From an uncultured delta proteobacterium (GTDB taxonomy: Bacteria > Desulfobacterota > Desulfobacteria > Desulfobacterales > Desulfosalsimonadaceae): a stretch of DNA of 64,000 nt. Where the stretch lies: assembly GCA_963826785.1 (NCBI GenBank), contig CAWGYD010000010.1:224001-288000 (forward strand), in the 5' to 3' direction. The notes under the pieces are model-generated. The model was not told where the DNA came from, ran no database searches, and was given only the letters and a program-made list of their open reading frames with translations. Shown here piece after piece: positions 1 through 10,348 of this stretch (the stretch's first letter is position 1; each line of letters begins with the position of its first letter). A program made the translations under genes and the position numbers.

Positions 1-318
1 CTGGAAAACACCCAGAAGGAGCTGGGGGACATCTTCGGCATGGCAAACATCAAGGATTTTACCACCAAGAAGCAGCTGACCTCCATGTTCCGCCGCCTGG
101 CCCCCATCGGGCTGGGAACCACCATCATGGTGACGGGAAACCTGCGCTCCTGGCGGCACATCATCGCCATGCGCACTTCACCCCATGCCGAAGAGGAAAT
201 CCGGATCATCACCGGAGAAATCGCCCGGGTGTGCAGGGAAGAATACCCCAATGTCTTCCAGGATATGGAGTATGACTCCGATTCCGGCTCATGGATCTTT
301 GTCCATCCGAAAGTCTGA
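1..318 (+). CDS. thyX: FAD-dependent thymidylate synthase, C-terminal part (5' truncated by window)
   Basis: Frame is open from base 1; motif RRLAP..T.IMVTGNLRSWRHIIAMRT...AEEEIR matches the ThyX C-terminus. Confidence 0.8.
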   Translation: MENTQKELGDIFGMANIKDFTTKKQLTSMFRRLAPIGLGTTIMVTGNLRSWRHIIAMRTSPHAEEEIRIITGEIARVCREEYPNVFQDMEYDSDSGSWIFVHPKV

Positions 319-445
319 GGCAATCATGTCCATTTGAAATGAGCTCTCGCAAAGGATACCCGGAAACATTTGTTTCCGGCGCCTTGGCGGGAGCTCATTT
401 CTTCAATCCTCGATTCCTCACATGACCCATTCCCATCGCCTCCAT

Positions 446-1273
446 ATGGAAAACGAGCACTTCCTCGAAACCGCGGATTTTCGCATCCATTATGTTTGCA
501 AGGGCAAAGGGGTTCCGCTGATACTGGTCCACGGCGGCGGAAATTATTTGTACACATTCAGGCATAATATTGATGCGCTGTCGCAATGGTTTACGGTCTA
601 TGCTTTAGATATCCCGGGGCACGGTTATTCCAGGGTTCTGGCCGGGTCTCCCTTCGCCTATGACTTTGACCTGGTGTGCGACGCGGTGAACCAGTTCATG
701 GACCGGCTGGGGATCGAACAGGCACATTTTGCCGGCCATTCCTGGGGCGGGGGGTGGCTGATCGTTTTTGCCCACCGGTTTGGCGGCCGGGTGAAAAAAT
801 TGGTTCTCATCGATTCCAGCGGCATCCGGCACCGGGAGCGGCTGGCATGGGAACTGTTCAAATACCCGCTCATCGGCGAAGTGGCTGCGGCATTAATTTC
901 CCCCGGAAGGGTCCGCAAAGGCCTTGCCGACTGCTTTTACAACAGGCGGCTGGCCACCCCCAAACTGGCGGCAGACGTGTACGCGCCGTTTACGCACAGG
1001 GAAAACCGCATGGCCCAGGTTAGGTTTTCACGGAACCTAAACTGGCACACGACAGAAAAAGCCCTGTCCCGGTTGCAGGTACCCTCACTGGTCCTCTGGG
1101 GAAAACAGGACCGGTATATCCCTGTCCAGCACGGCATCCAGATGAGCAAGATGATCGCAAAAGCCCGCCTGGAAATCATCGATCAATGCGGACATTGCCC
1201 CCACGAGGAGCACCCGTCCACGGCAAACCGGGTCATCGCCGAATTTCTGCTGGCAAGACAAGTGTATAAATAG
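446..1273 (+). CDS. Alpha/beta-fold hydrolase
   Basis: LILVHGGG oxyanion motif, GHSWGG nucleophile elbow, WGKQD acid, CGHCPHEE catalytic His; start 446 (MENEH) or 422. Confidence 0.85.
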   Translation: MENEHFLETADFRIHYVCKGKGVPLILVHGGGNYLYTFRHNIDALSQWFTVYALDIPGHGYSRVLAGSPFAYDFDLVCDAVNQFMDRLGIEQAHFAGHSWGGGWLIVFAHRFGGRVKKLVLIDSSGIRHRERLAWELFKYPLIGEVAAALISPGRVRKGLADCFYNRRLATPKLAADVYAPFTHRENRMAQVRFSRNLNWHTTEKALSRLQVPSLVLWGKQDRYIPVQHGIQMSKMIAKARLEIIDQCGHCPHEEHPSTANRVIAEFLLARQVYK

Positions 1274-2605
1274 TTACATGTCTTTTAACAACTGGTTGGC
1301 GGCGATCAGCATGGGATCCCACACCGGGCCGAAGGGCGGCGCATAGGCCAGGTCCGCCTGGGCGAAATCCGCCACCGACATACGGTTGTGCAGCGCAATG
1401 GCCGGCGCGTTGATGCGGTGAGCGGCTCCTTCCCTTCCGACCATCTGGACGCCCAGCAGCCTGCCGGACTTCCTGTCGCCGACCATGTACACCCACAGGG
1501 GGCTCGCCCCCGGATAGCTGTGGGCCCGGGAGGGATTTTCGATCACTATCGACACCGGATCAAACCCCGATGCCTTGGCCTCGGCATCATTTAACCCGGT
1601 TCCCGCCACCTGCAGATCAAAGACCTTGAAGACCTGGGTGCCCACCACTCCGGCAATGGGTGAAGGCGATCCCAGCATGCTGTCGGCCGCCATCCGCCCG
1701 CTGCGGTTGGCCCGCAATCCCAGCGGCATCCAGGTCGGCTTGCCGGTGACCGCATGCCGGGCTTCCGCGCAGTCGCCGGCCGAGTAAATGTTTTCTGCCG
1801 AGGTCTTGAGATAATCATCTACGGCAACGGCCCCGGCGGCCCCCAGAGTGATGCCGGCCTCTTTTGCAATCCGGCTGTTGGGCCGGACCCCTACCCCCAT
1901 CAGCACCAGGTCCCCTTCTATGGAATGGTCTGAACAGGTGGCCAACAGCCGGGAATTGATCTTTTCAATTTTTTCCACCTGGCGGCCGGTATAAAATCGG
2001 ACGCCGTTCGCCTCCAGGGTCTTTTGGATCGGTTTGGAAATTTCGGGGTGGATTCCGGGCAAAAATTCGAGGCCGACCATGTCCACGCCGACACCCCGGG
2101 CCCGAAAGGCCTCGCACATCTCCATGCCGATATATCCCATGCCGACGATCACCACGTCCCTGACATGGTGGATATCCATGAACGACTTCATCTTCCGGCC
2201 GTCGTTCAAGCTTTTGAGGACCATGACCCCGGGCAGGTCGCTTCCGGAAATATCGGGGATTACCGCTGATGCGCCCGTGGCAATGAGCAGGCGGTCATAG
2301 GGATACTCGAAGGATTTTTCGTCGATGGTCTTGCCGGCCACGATGCGCCCGTCCGGATCAATCGTGTGGACATCATATCCGGTCATCAGTTCGATCCCCT
2401 GCTGCCGGAATACCTCGGCCCGGCGGACCACCAGGTCGTCAATATCCCTGTTGACATCAGAAATGTTATAGGGCATCCCGCATGCGCTGTATGATACATC
2501 CATGGTCCTTTCAAGCACCGTTACCGATGTTTTCTTGTCGATCCGCTTTGCCCGGCTCGCAGCACTCATGCCCGCGGCATCTCCTCCGATAATCACCAGC
2601 CTCAT
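1274..2605 (-). CDS. CoA-disulfide reductase / NADH oxidase family flavoprotein
   Basis: IIGGDAAGMSAA FAD motif, SYSACG single redox Cys, ATGA, GMGYIGME, GDCA, C-terminal YAPPF. Confidence 0.9.
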   Translation of the reverse strand: MRLVIIGGDAAGMSAASRAKRIDKKTSVTVLERTMDVSYSACGMPYNISDVNRDIDDLVVRRAEVFRQQGIELMTGYDVHTIDPDGRIVAGKTIDEKSFEYPYDRLLIATGASAVIPDISGSDLPGVMVLKSLNDGRKMKSFMDIHHVRDVVIVGMGYIGMEMCEAFRARGVGVDMVGLEFLPGIHPEISKPIQKTLEANGVRFYTGRQVEKIEKINSRLLATCSDHSIEGDLVLMGVGVRPNSRIAKEAGITLGAAGAVAVDDYLKTSAENIYSAGDCAEARHAVTGKPTWMPLGLRANRSGRMAADSMLGSPSPIAGVVGTQVFKVFDLQVAGTGLNDAEAKASGFDPVSIVIENPSRAHSYPGASPLWVYMVGDRKSGRLLGVQMVGREGAAHRINAPAIALHNRMSVADFAQADLAYAPPFGPVWDPMLIAANQLLKDM

Positions 2606-2881
2606 CCGCCTGTTTCCTTTCGTGGTTGAATCCATGTATCGCGTTTGCCCGAATAAAGACGGGCCCATTAGAAAAGCATCATCAAAACAGTAGGATGATT
2701 ATGATGAAAAGTAAAGTGTCGGGTCTGCACCATCATTTTCCGATGGTTGCAATCAATTGAATTTTAAATTGCATCTGCTTGCGATGGGATGAAAGATTTG
2801 CAAAGCCGGCCTTTTTCAGATATTCATTGTACACCGATGCGGTTTTTTTTCCTTCTTTAAAAAGTATAGATCTGACTGATC

Positions 2882-5800
2882 ATGCATTTCACATCCTGTT
2901 CCCAGAATCCCGAACCCGGGTCTAAAATACTTGCCTTCAAAGGGGATGTTATCACCTTTACCCTGGAGCTGGAGGCGGATCTGCCAGGCCGCGCGTGGGT
3001 TCGCACCAATCTCGGCCAGGCGCATACCATGAGGGAAGAGATCATCCGGCGGATTCGGTTCGATTCGCCTCTACTGGGGCGATCCTGGTATGATATCCCC
3101 ATGATCCGGCAGGCGGAAAAACGCTATACGCTCACCCTTGGCCTCACCGAGGTGGGTCACTTCGAAGCCAAATGCTTTTTTCTGGAAACAGGCCGCCCCC
3201 AGCCCCTCTGGCCTCATGGAGACAACATCTCCATCAGCGTGGAGCCCGCCGATACCTGCTGCGCGAACATCATCTACAATGCCTTTGTGAGGCAATTCGG
3301 TTCAAACAAGAGCGGAGCCGGCCATGCCGGTGATCATGCGGGTGAAACCGTCACGTACCTCGATCAGCACGGGTATACGGTGATCCCGCCATCGGGCAAG
3401 TTCAGGGACCTGATCAAAGAACTCGATTTCATCATCGGCCATCTGGGATGCCGCATTCTCCATCTGCTTCCCATTAATCCCACACCCACCACCTACGGGC
3501 GCATGGGCCGGTTCGGCAGCCCCTATGCGGCACTCGATTTCACCGGAATAGATCCGGCCCTGGCCCAGTTTGATCCCAAGGCCACGCCGCTTGAACAGTT
3601 CATCGAATTGGTCGATGCGGTCCATGCCCGAAATGCCAAAATCATCATCGATCTTGCCCCCAATCACACGGGATGGGCGGCAGATCTGCACGAAACCCAC
3701 CCGGAATGGCTGGTGCGGGACCCGGACGGCAAAATCGAAGCGCCAGGCGCCTGGGGAGTGGTCTGGGAAGACCTCACCCGACTGGATTACAGCCATAAAA
3801 AACTGTGGCAGTATGTCGCAGAGGTATTTCTCACCTGGTGTCGCCGCGGGGTGGACGGGTTCCGATGCGATGCCGGATACATGATCCCGGTGGCGGCATG
3901 GAACTATATTGTCGCGTCGGTTAGAGAGGAATTCCCCGATACGATTTTTCTGCTGGAGGGTCTGGGCGGAAAGATATCGGTCACCGAAACCATCCTGGAA
4001 ACATCTAATTTCAACTGGGCCTACTCCGAGTTGTTTCAAAATTATGATCGGAACCAGGTCGAACAGTATCTTCCTGACATCTGGAAAACCGCCTCTCAAA
4101 TCGGCATCATGGTCAATTACGCGGAAACCCATGACAACAACCGGCTGGCGGCGGATTCACGGACATACGCGGCCATGCGCACCGCGTTTTGCGCATTGAC
4201 TTCCGTGTGCGGTGCGTTCGGTTTTGCCAACGGGGTGGAGTGGTTTGCCACCGAAAAGATCAATGTTCACCAGGCCGGCTCACTGAACTGGGGCGATGAA
4301 ACCAATCAGGTGGACTGGATTCGGCGCATGAACCGGCTCCTCACCGCGCACCCCGCATTTTTCGACAAGACCGAATTGAAAATGATTCAATCCGGTCCGG
4401 GCAACTGCATCGCCGTGCTTCGTCTTCACCGGCCCTCCGGCAAGCGGCTGCTGATTCTGGTAAACCTCGATGCCCGTAACCCACAGAATGCCGCCTGGGA
4501 TGTTGAATCTTCGGGCATGCCCCGGGATCACTTTTTCGATCTGCTCCATGCCCGGACGGTGGTTCCCGAAACGGACCGCCGCCGCCGGTCGGTTGCTCTC
4601 GCCCCCGGCGAAGTGATGTGCCTCACCGCCGATCCTGAACCGGAAAACATCCTTGCCGACAGGGAGGTCAACCTGACGGCAAGCCCCGCACATATCCGGC
4701 ACCAGTTGCTCCGGGCTCTGGCCTTGGATATCCGCCATGAACTTTTCGGCTATCGGGATATCGAAGACTTTGATCCGGACCAGGCCGCAGCGGAACTGGC
4801 GAAAGATCCGCTTCAGTTCTGCTCGATGATGAACCCCGAAGGCGAAGAGAGCCGGGTCGTCACGTGGCAATGGCCCGCAGATGCCGAAAGGCAGGTGATG
4901 GTGCCGCCCGGCCATTTCCTGATGGTTCAGGCGGATCAACCCTTCACCGCCCGGTTGATGGATCATCCGGAGCGGGGGAACTGTGTGGGGATCATGAGAA
5001 GCATCGAGCGCCAAGACGGGACGCATTTCACCCTGTTCATGCCCCGGACGGTCCATGATGATCACCAGCTCCATCAACTTCTGCTGTCGGTTTATGCCAA
5101 TAAAAATTGTGTTCACAGGACCGCGCACGTGCTATATCTCGCCCGCCCCGACCGGGTGCGGGTAAAGCAGATGTTTGGGCGAAAGATGCTGTTGAAGCAG
5201 CCGATTTCCTTTCTGGGCACCAACGGGCGGGGGGCCATGCTCAGGGCCCATGCGGACTGGGGGCGCATCAAAAGCAAATACGACGGCCTTCTGGCGGCCA
5301 ACTTTCATTCCCAGTATCCGGAGGACCGGCAGATGATGCTGATCCGGTGCAGGGGATGGCTCGTATACCAGGGGTATTCCCAGGATATCTGCATGGACTG
5401 CCTCCGGCATTTTTACTTCGATTATGCTTCTTCAGGATCATGGCATTTCACCATCCCCTGTGGACAGGGACAGCATGTCATCCTCTCGGCCGTGATCAAA
5501 ATGATACCCGATGAAAACCGGATATGCATTTTCTTCAACCGAGGCGCCTCCGGAAACCGGGGCGACCTGCTCCCCGATCAAATTCCCGTTTCACTGATCA
5601 TCCGGCCGGACATCGACGACCGCAGCTTCCATTCCACCACCAAAGCCTACACCGGACCGGAGGAGCACTGGCCTCGAAGTATTTTGCCCAATAAAAAAGG
5701 ATTTATATTCAGACCCCATCCCGACCGACAGCTGCACATGACTTCCTCAACAGCAAAATTTGTTTCCGAACCCCAGTGGCAGTACATGGTTGAACTCCCT

Positions 5801-7252
5801 TTAGAAGCCGACCGGGGCATGGATGCCCATACCGACCTGTTCAGTCCGGGATATTTCGCCATCGAATTAAAAGGGAACCAGAAGGCGTTTCTGACTGCCG
5901 AAGCCAAGAGTGCCGATCCCAAGGCTTCTTTAAAACCCGCGCCGGAAAATCCGCCCGACGATGCTATCACAAAAATCCGGGTGGCCGCACAACCACCCGG
6001 CCTGGCCATGAAATCGGCCATGGCGCACTATCTGGTTCGTCGAAATGGATATAAGACCGTGATTGCCGGTTATCCCTGGTTTCTGGACTGGGGCCGGGAC
6101 ACCCTGATCGCCTGCCGGGGATTGATTGCCGGTGGTTTTCTCGCCGAAACCGAATCCATCCTGAAGCAGTTCGCCCTCTTTGAAAAATCCGGCACCATTC
6201 CCAACATGATCCGGGGTTCTGATGCGGGCAACCGGGATACTTCGGATGCGCCCTTGTGGCTGTTTGCCGCGGCCCGGGATTTCATCGTCGCTTCGAAAAA
6301 ATCCGATATCCTCATGGCGGACTGCGGCGGGCGCACTTTCCGCGACATCCTGATCTCCATTGCAGACGCATATACCAGTGGAACCCCGAACGGCATTCGA
6401 ATGGACCCGTCATCCGGCCTGATTTTTTCGCCTTCCCATTTCACCTGGATGGACACGAACTACCCCGCATCCACTCCGAGGGAGGGCTATCCCATCGAAA
6501 TCCAGGCCCTGTGGCATCATGCCCTGTCCTTTCTGGCCGCTGTCGATGACGCCGGCAACGCAGCCAAATGGGATCAGTTGGCGGACCGGGTCCAGCATGC
6601 CATTTTTGACCTCTACTACATCAAGGACCGTGGCTACCTGGCGGATAACCTGTGCGCGTCCCTGTCCATGCCTGCCGCCGGCGCCGTAAAGGATGACGCC
6701 CTGCGCCCCAACCAGCTGTTTGCCGTCACACTGGGCGCCATTTCGGATCCGGCCACGGTCAGAAACATACTGGATCGCTGTTCGGTTCTGCTGGTGCCCG
6801 GGGCCATCCGCAGCCTGGCCGACCAGCCCGTGGAAAATCCCCTTCCCGTCTACCACAATGGCCGGCTGCTCAACGACCCGCATCACCCGTATCAGGGAAC
6901 CTATTCCGGCGACGAAGATACCCGGCGCAAGCCCGCCTACCATAACGGCACCGCCTGGACATGGGTGTTCCCCTCATTCTGCGAGGCCTGGTCCATGGCA
7001 TACGGCAAGCCGGGCAAGGCGGCTGCGGCCGCCTGGCTGGGAAGCAGTTCCATATTGATCAACCAGGGATGCGCCGGACAGATTCCCGAAATCATAGATG
7101 GAAATTATCCACACCATCAGCGCGGATGCGACGCACAGGCCTGGGGGGTTACCGAGTGGTTCAGGGTCTGGAATCAGTTGATGAATGATGATTGGAGCCT
7201 TAAGTTTAAAAAGACGAACCTTTCAGGAGTCGAACTTCAGGAGGATAGATGA
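2882..7252 (+). CDS. Glycogen debranching enzyme: N-terminal GH13 domain fused to amylo-alpha-1,6-glucosidase (GDE_N/GDE_C) domains
   Basis: GH13 motifs GSPYA, DLAPNHT, DGFRCDAG, ETHDN; GDE_C motifs AGYPWFLDWGRDT, TWMD, RPNQL, YHNGTAW, AQAW. Confidence 0.9.
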   Translation: MHFTSCSQNPEPGSKILAFKGDVITFTLELEADLPGRAWVRTNLGQAHTMREEIIRRIRFDSPLLGRSWYDIPMIRQAEKRYTLTLGLTEVGHFEAKCFFLETGRPQPLWPHGDNISISVEPADTCCANIIYNAFVRQFGSNKSGAGHAGDHAGETVTYLDQHGYTVIPPSGKFRDLIKELDFIIGHLGCRILHLLPINPTPTTYGRMGRFGSPYAALDFTGIDPALAQFDPKATPLEQFIELVDAVHARNAKIIIDLAPNHTGWAADLHETHPEWLVRDPDGKIEAPGAWGVVWEDLTRLDYSHKKLWQYVAEVFLTWCRRGVDGFRCDAGYMIPVAAWNYIVASVREEFPDTIFLLEGLGGKISVTETILETSNFNWAYSELFQNYDRNQVEQYLPDIWKTASQIGIMVNYAETHDNNRLAADSRTYAAMRTAFCALTSVCGAFGFANGVEWFATEKINVHQAGSLNWGDETNQVDWIRRMNRLLTAHPAFFDKTELKMIQSGPGNCIAVLRLHRPSGKRLLILVNLDARNPQNAAWDVESSGMPRDHFFDLLHARTVVPETDRRRRSVALAPGEVMCLTADPEPENILADREVNLTASPAHIRHQLLRALALDIRHELFGYRDIEDFDPDQAAAELAKDPLQFCSMMNPEGEESRVVTWQWPADAERQVMVPPGHFLMVQADQPFTARLMDHPERGNCVGIMRSIERQDGTHFTLFMPRTVHDDHQLHQLLLSVYANKNCVHRTAHVLYLARPDRVRVKQMFGRKMLLKQPISFLGTNGRGAMLRAHADWGRIKSKYDGLLAANFHSQYPEDRQMMLIRCRGWLVYQGYSQDICMDCLRHFYFDYASSGSWHFTIPCGQGQHVILSAVIKMIPDENRICIFFNRGASGNRGDLLPDQIPVSLIIRPDIDDRSFHSTTKAYTGPEEHWPRSILPNKKGFIFRPHPDRQLHMTSSTAKFVSEPQWQYMVELPLEADRGMDAHTDLFSPGYFAIELKGNQKAFLTAEAKSADPKASLKPAPENPPDDAITKIRVAAQPPGLAMKSAMAHYLVRRNGYKTVIAGYPWFLDWGRDTLIACRGLIAGGFLAETESILKQFALFEKSGTIPNMIRGSDAGNRDTSDAPLWLFAAARDFIVASKKSDILMADCGGRTFRDILISIADAYTSGTPNGIRMDPSSGLIFSPSHFTWMDTNYPASTPREGYPIEIQALWHHALSFLAAVDDAGNAAKWDQLADRVQHAIFDLYYIKDRGYLADNLCASLSMPAAGAVKDDALRPNQLFAVTLGAISDPATVRNILDRCSVLLVPGAIRSLADQPVENPLPVYHNGRLLNDPHHPYQGTYSGDEDTRRKPAYHNGTAWTWVFPSFCEAWSMAYGKPGKAAAAAWLGSSSILINQGCAGQIPEIIDGNYPHHQRGCDAQAWGVTEWFRVWNQLMNDDWSLKFKKTNLSGVELQEDR

Positions 7253-7557
7253 GCATTAAAAAACAGTATCTTAAATCACGCCCTGTCTGCAAGGCCACCT
7301 TTCGTCTGGACAAGGAAACCGTTCAGAACGCCCAAACCGTCCATATCGTGGGGGAATTCAACGACTGGAGCACTGATGAGACACCGATGAACAAGTTGAA
7401 AAACGGCGCATTTACGATCACCCTGGAACTCGATTTGAACCGGGAATACCAGTTCAGATACCTGGTCGACCAGCGGACCTGGATCAATGATCCGGAATCA
7501 GACAAATACGTGCCGACGGAATTTTCCGGGACCGACAATTCGGTGATTGTCCTTTAA
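7249..7557 (+). CDS. Isoamylase early-set / CBM48 glycogen-binding protein
   Basis: VGEFNDW...YQFRYLVD..W.ND...D.Y....NSV; ATGA overlap with upstream gene, AGGAGG RBS. Confidence 0.85.
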   Translation: MSIKKQYLKSRPVCKATFRLDKETVQNAQTVHIVGEFNDWSTDETPMNKLKNGAFTITLELDLNREYQFRYLVDQRTWINDPESDKYVPTEFSGTDNSVIVL

Positions 7558-7580
7558 GCATCAGAAAAGGGATTTCGTAA

Positions 7581-10133
7581 ATGAGCCAGATTCAAACTTT
7601 TCAAGTTTATCCGAAGGTTCCCCAAAACTTTGCTTTCGCCGAAAAAATGGTCCGAAATCTCTGGTGGACCTGGTACCTGGATGCAATCGAACTCCTGCGC
7701 CGGATCGATCCCAAGTTGTGGAACCAGTCCGGACGAAACCCGATCCTGTTTTTCACCCAGGTCCCCCAGAAAAAAATGGAAGCCATGGCCGAGGATGAGG
7801 GTTTTCTGGCCCATCTGAAGCGGGTGCAGGACGCCTATCAGAAATTCGTGGAAGCGCCTGCCCGGGCTATCGATGATCCAAAATACCAGAGCGGTACGGT
7901 GGCCTACTTCTCCATGGAGTACGGCGTGCACGAGAGCCTTCCGCTGTTTGCCGGGGGATTGGGAATACTGGCGGGTGATCATCTGAAAGCGGCCTCGGAC
8001 CGGGGAGAGCCGATCGTGGGGGTCGGTCTGCTCTACCGGCTGGGATATTTTCACCAGTACCTGGACCAGAACGGATGGCAGCAGGAGGAATACCCGGAAA
8101 CCGATCTATATCAACTGCCGATTTCCCGGGCGAGGGACACCCAGGGCAAGGAACTGCATATCACCGTCCCGGGTCCGGACGGCGATATCCACGCACAGGT
8201 CCTGCGGATCATGATCGGGCGGGTTCCACTGTTTCTGCTCGATACCAATGTCACCGAAAACAGTGTCGAAAATCGAAACATCACCTCCCGGCTCTACATC
8301 GCCGAAGCGAAAAACCGGCTGGCCCAGGAAGTGCTGCTGGGCATCGGCGGCATGAAGGCACTGGATGCCATGGGCATCCATCCCCAGGTGTGCCATCTCA
8401 ATGAAGGTCACTGCTCCTTCGTGGTGATCGAACGACTGGCCCAGATGGTGCAGCATCACCAGATCGACCTGAAAACCGCCATGGAAGTGGTCCCCCGCAC
8501 CATGGTGTTCACCACCCACACTCCGGTGGCGGCCGGTCACGATGAATTCCCGGTGGATATGGTCAAACCCTACCTGAGGGAATACGAACAGAGGCTTGAC
8601 ACCTCCATCGACAACATCATCTCCTGGGGCCAGACCGGAAACCCTGGCGACCACCCGCCTTTCTCCATGTTTGCGCTGGGGCTGCGTATGGCCCATTACT
8701 GCAACGGTGTCAGCGAACTGCATGGCCGTGTGGCCCGGCGCATGTGGACCGGCGTGTGGCCGGGACGGCCCGAAAACGAAATTCCCATCCGCCACATCAC
8801 CAATGGCGTGCATATCCCCTCCTGGATATCCGTGGACAACTGGACCCTGTTCGACCGCTACATCGGCCCTGACTGGTTTCAGACCGCCTGGAAAAACCCC
8901 CAGGTCATCGACCGGATCGACGACATTTATGACGAAGAGCTGTGGCGTTCCCATGAATTGAGCCGTGCCCGCATGATCCGCGTCTGCAGGAGCCTGATGA
9001 TGCGACAGTACGGCAGGCGAAACGCCCCCAAATCCCAGATGGAAGACGCCGCCTCTGTGCTGGATCATGACGCACTGACCATCGGATTCGCCCGCCGTTT
9101 TGCTACTTACAAACGGGCTTACCTGCTGCTGAGGGACCCGGCCCGACTGGAGTCGCTGCTTACCTCCCGGGAATTTCCGGTGCAGTTCGTATTTGCCGGA
9201 AAAGCCCATCCACGGGACAATGAAGGCAAGGAACTGATCCGCCGCATCGTCGATTTCGCCCGGAAGGCCAACGTCCGGAACCGGTTTATTTTTCTCGAAG
9301 ACTATGATCCGTATATTGCCCGGCACCTGGTTCAGGGGTGCGACATCTGGCTCAATACGCCCCGGCGCCCCTATGAAGCCTGCGGCACATCGGGCATCAA
9401 AGCCGCCGCAAACGGGGTGCTCAATGTGAGCATCCTGGACGGATGGTGGTGCGAAGGGTATTCCAGCGACACCGGGTTCAAGATCGGCAACGGGGAGGAA
9501 TACGACGACTGGGATTATCAGGACGACGTGGAATGCCAGGCGGTGTTCAACGTGCTGGAAAACGAGGTGATCCCGAAGTTTTATGACCGCAGGAACGGGG
9601 ACGCCCCTGCCGAATGGATCCGGATGATGAAAGCCTCCATGAAAATGGCGATGCATCGGTTCTGCGCACACGAAATGGTGGAAAAATATGCGACACTTTC
9701 CTACCTTCCGGCATCCCGGCAGTTTCACCGGCTCCTGGAGAAAGACGCAGCCGAAGCCCACCGCTTGCGGGATCTTCGTGCTCACCTGCTGAAACACTGG
9801 CCCGGAATCCGCATCAGCCGCCCGGAACGAAATACGGACGGTCCTTTCCGGGTGGGGGATCAATTTACGGTCACCGCCTCTGTTTTTTTAGGGGAGATTT
9901 TACCCGAAGAAGTGGATGTGGAGGTCTGCTACGGAAGGATGAAAACGCTGGACCGGCTCGATCCCCTGCACAACCAGAAGATGGAGGTCAAGGAAGACAG
10001 GGGCGGCGGCGCATACCTGTATTTCGCTCAACTGACCTGCCAGATATCCGGCCGATACGGTCTGACCGCCCGGATTTCCCCCAGCGGGGATGATTTCCTG
10101 AAATCGGCGCCGGGAATGCTGACATGGGCGTAA
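7581..10133 (+). CDS. glgP: Alpha-glucan (glycogen) phosphorylase
   Basis: AYFSMEYG, GGLGILAGDHLK, HLNEGH, TNGVH, ARRFATYKR, EACGTSGIKA PLP-lysine motif. Confidence 0.95.
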   Translation: MSQIQTFQVYPKVPQNFAFAEKMVRNLWWTWYLDAIELLRRIDPKLWNQSGRNPILFFTQVPQKKMEAMAEDEGFLAHLKRVQDAYQKFVEAPARAIDDPKYQSGTVAYFSMEYGVHESLPLFAGGLGILAGDHLKAASDRGEPIVGVGLLYRLGYFHQYLDQNGWQQEEYPETDLYQLPISRARDTQGKELHITVPGPDGDIHAQVLRIMIGRVPLFLLDTNVTENSVENRNITSRLYIAEAKNRLAQEVLLGIGGMKALDAMGIHPQVCHLNEGHCSFVVIERLAQMVQHHQIDLKTAMEVVPRTMVFTTHTPVAAGHDEFPVDMVKPYLREYEQRLDTSIDNIISWGQTGNPGDHPPFSMFALGLRMAHYCNGVSELHGRVARRMWTGVWPGRPENEIPIRHITNGVHIPSWISVDNWTLFDRYIGPDWFQTAWKNPQVIDRIDDIYDEELWRSHELSRARMIRVCRSLMMRQYGRRNAPKSQMEDAASVLDHDALTIGFARRFATYKRAYLLLRDPARLESLLTSREFPVQFVFAGKAHPRDNEGKELIRRIVDFARKANVRNRFIFLEDYDPYIARHLVQGCDIWLNTPRRPYEACGTSGIKAAANGVLNVSILDGWWCEGYSSDTGFKIGNGEEYDDWDYQDDVECQAVFNVLENEVIPKFYDRRNGDAPAEWIRMMKASMKMAMHRFCAHEMVEKYATLSYLPASRQFHRLLEKDAAEAHRLRDLRAHLLKHWPGIRISRPERNTDGPFRVGDQFTVTASVFLGEILPEEVDVEVCYGRMKTLDRLDPLHNQKMEVKEDRGGGAYLYFAQLTCQISGRYGLTARISPSGDDFLKSAPGMLTWA

Positions 10134-10226
10134 AACGGTGCCTGGACGATTTGCGTATCTTTCTCTACCGCAAAAGGATCTAAGGCGCTTGTTTAAATAA
10201 TTGTATTCTTCTGTTTCCGCAGGTCC

Positions 10227-10270
10227 AACACCCCCCTCAGTCCCCCCTCAAGGGGGGAATTAAAGGGGGA
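10227..10270. repeat. CCCCCCT..AGGGGGG palindromic intergenic repeat (family copy)
   Basis: aacacccccctcagtcccccctcaaggggggaattaaaggggg; related copies near 34051, 39045, 42558, 43543, 58468, 60826, 60947. Confidence 0.75.
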
Positions 10271-10348
10271 TTATACCGGCGGCAGCCGTTATGATTCGCA
10301 AGTTCAAAGGTTAACTATTTTCAAATTTTGGATTTTGAATAAATTATT

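Noticed and set aside
8106..9863. 585-aa antisense ORF
   Set aside because: Shadow of glgP caused by GC-rich codon bias; no recognisable motifs
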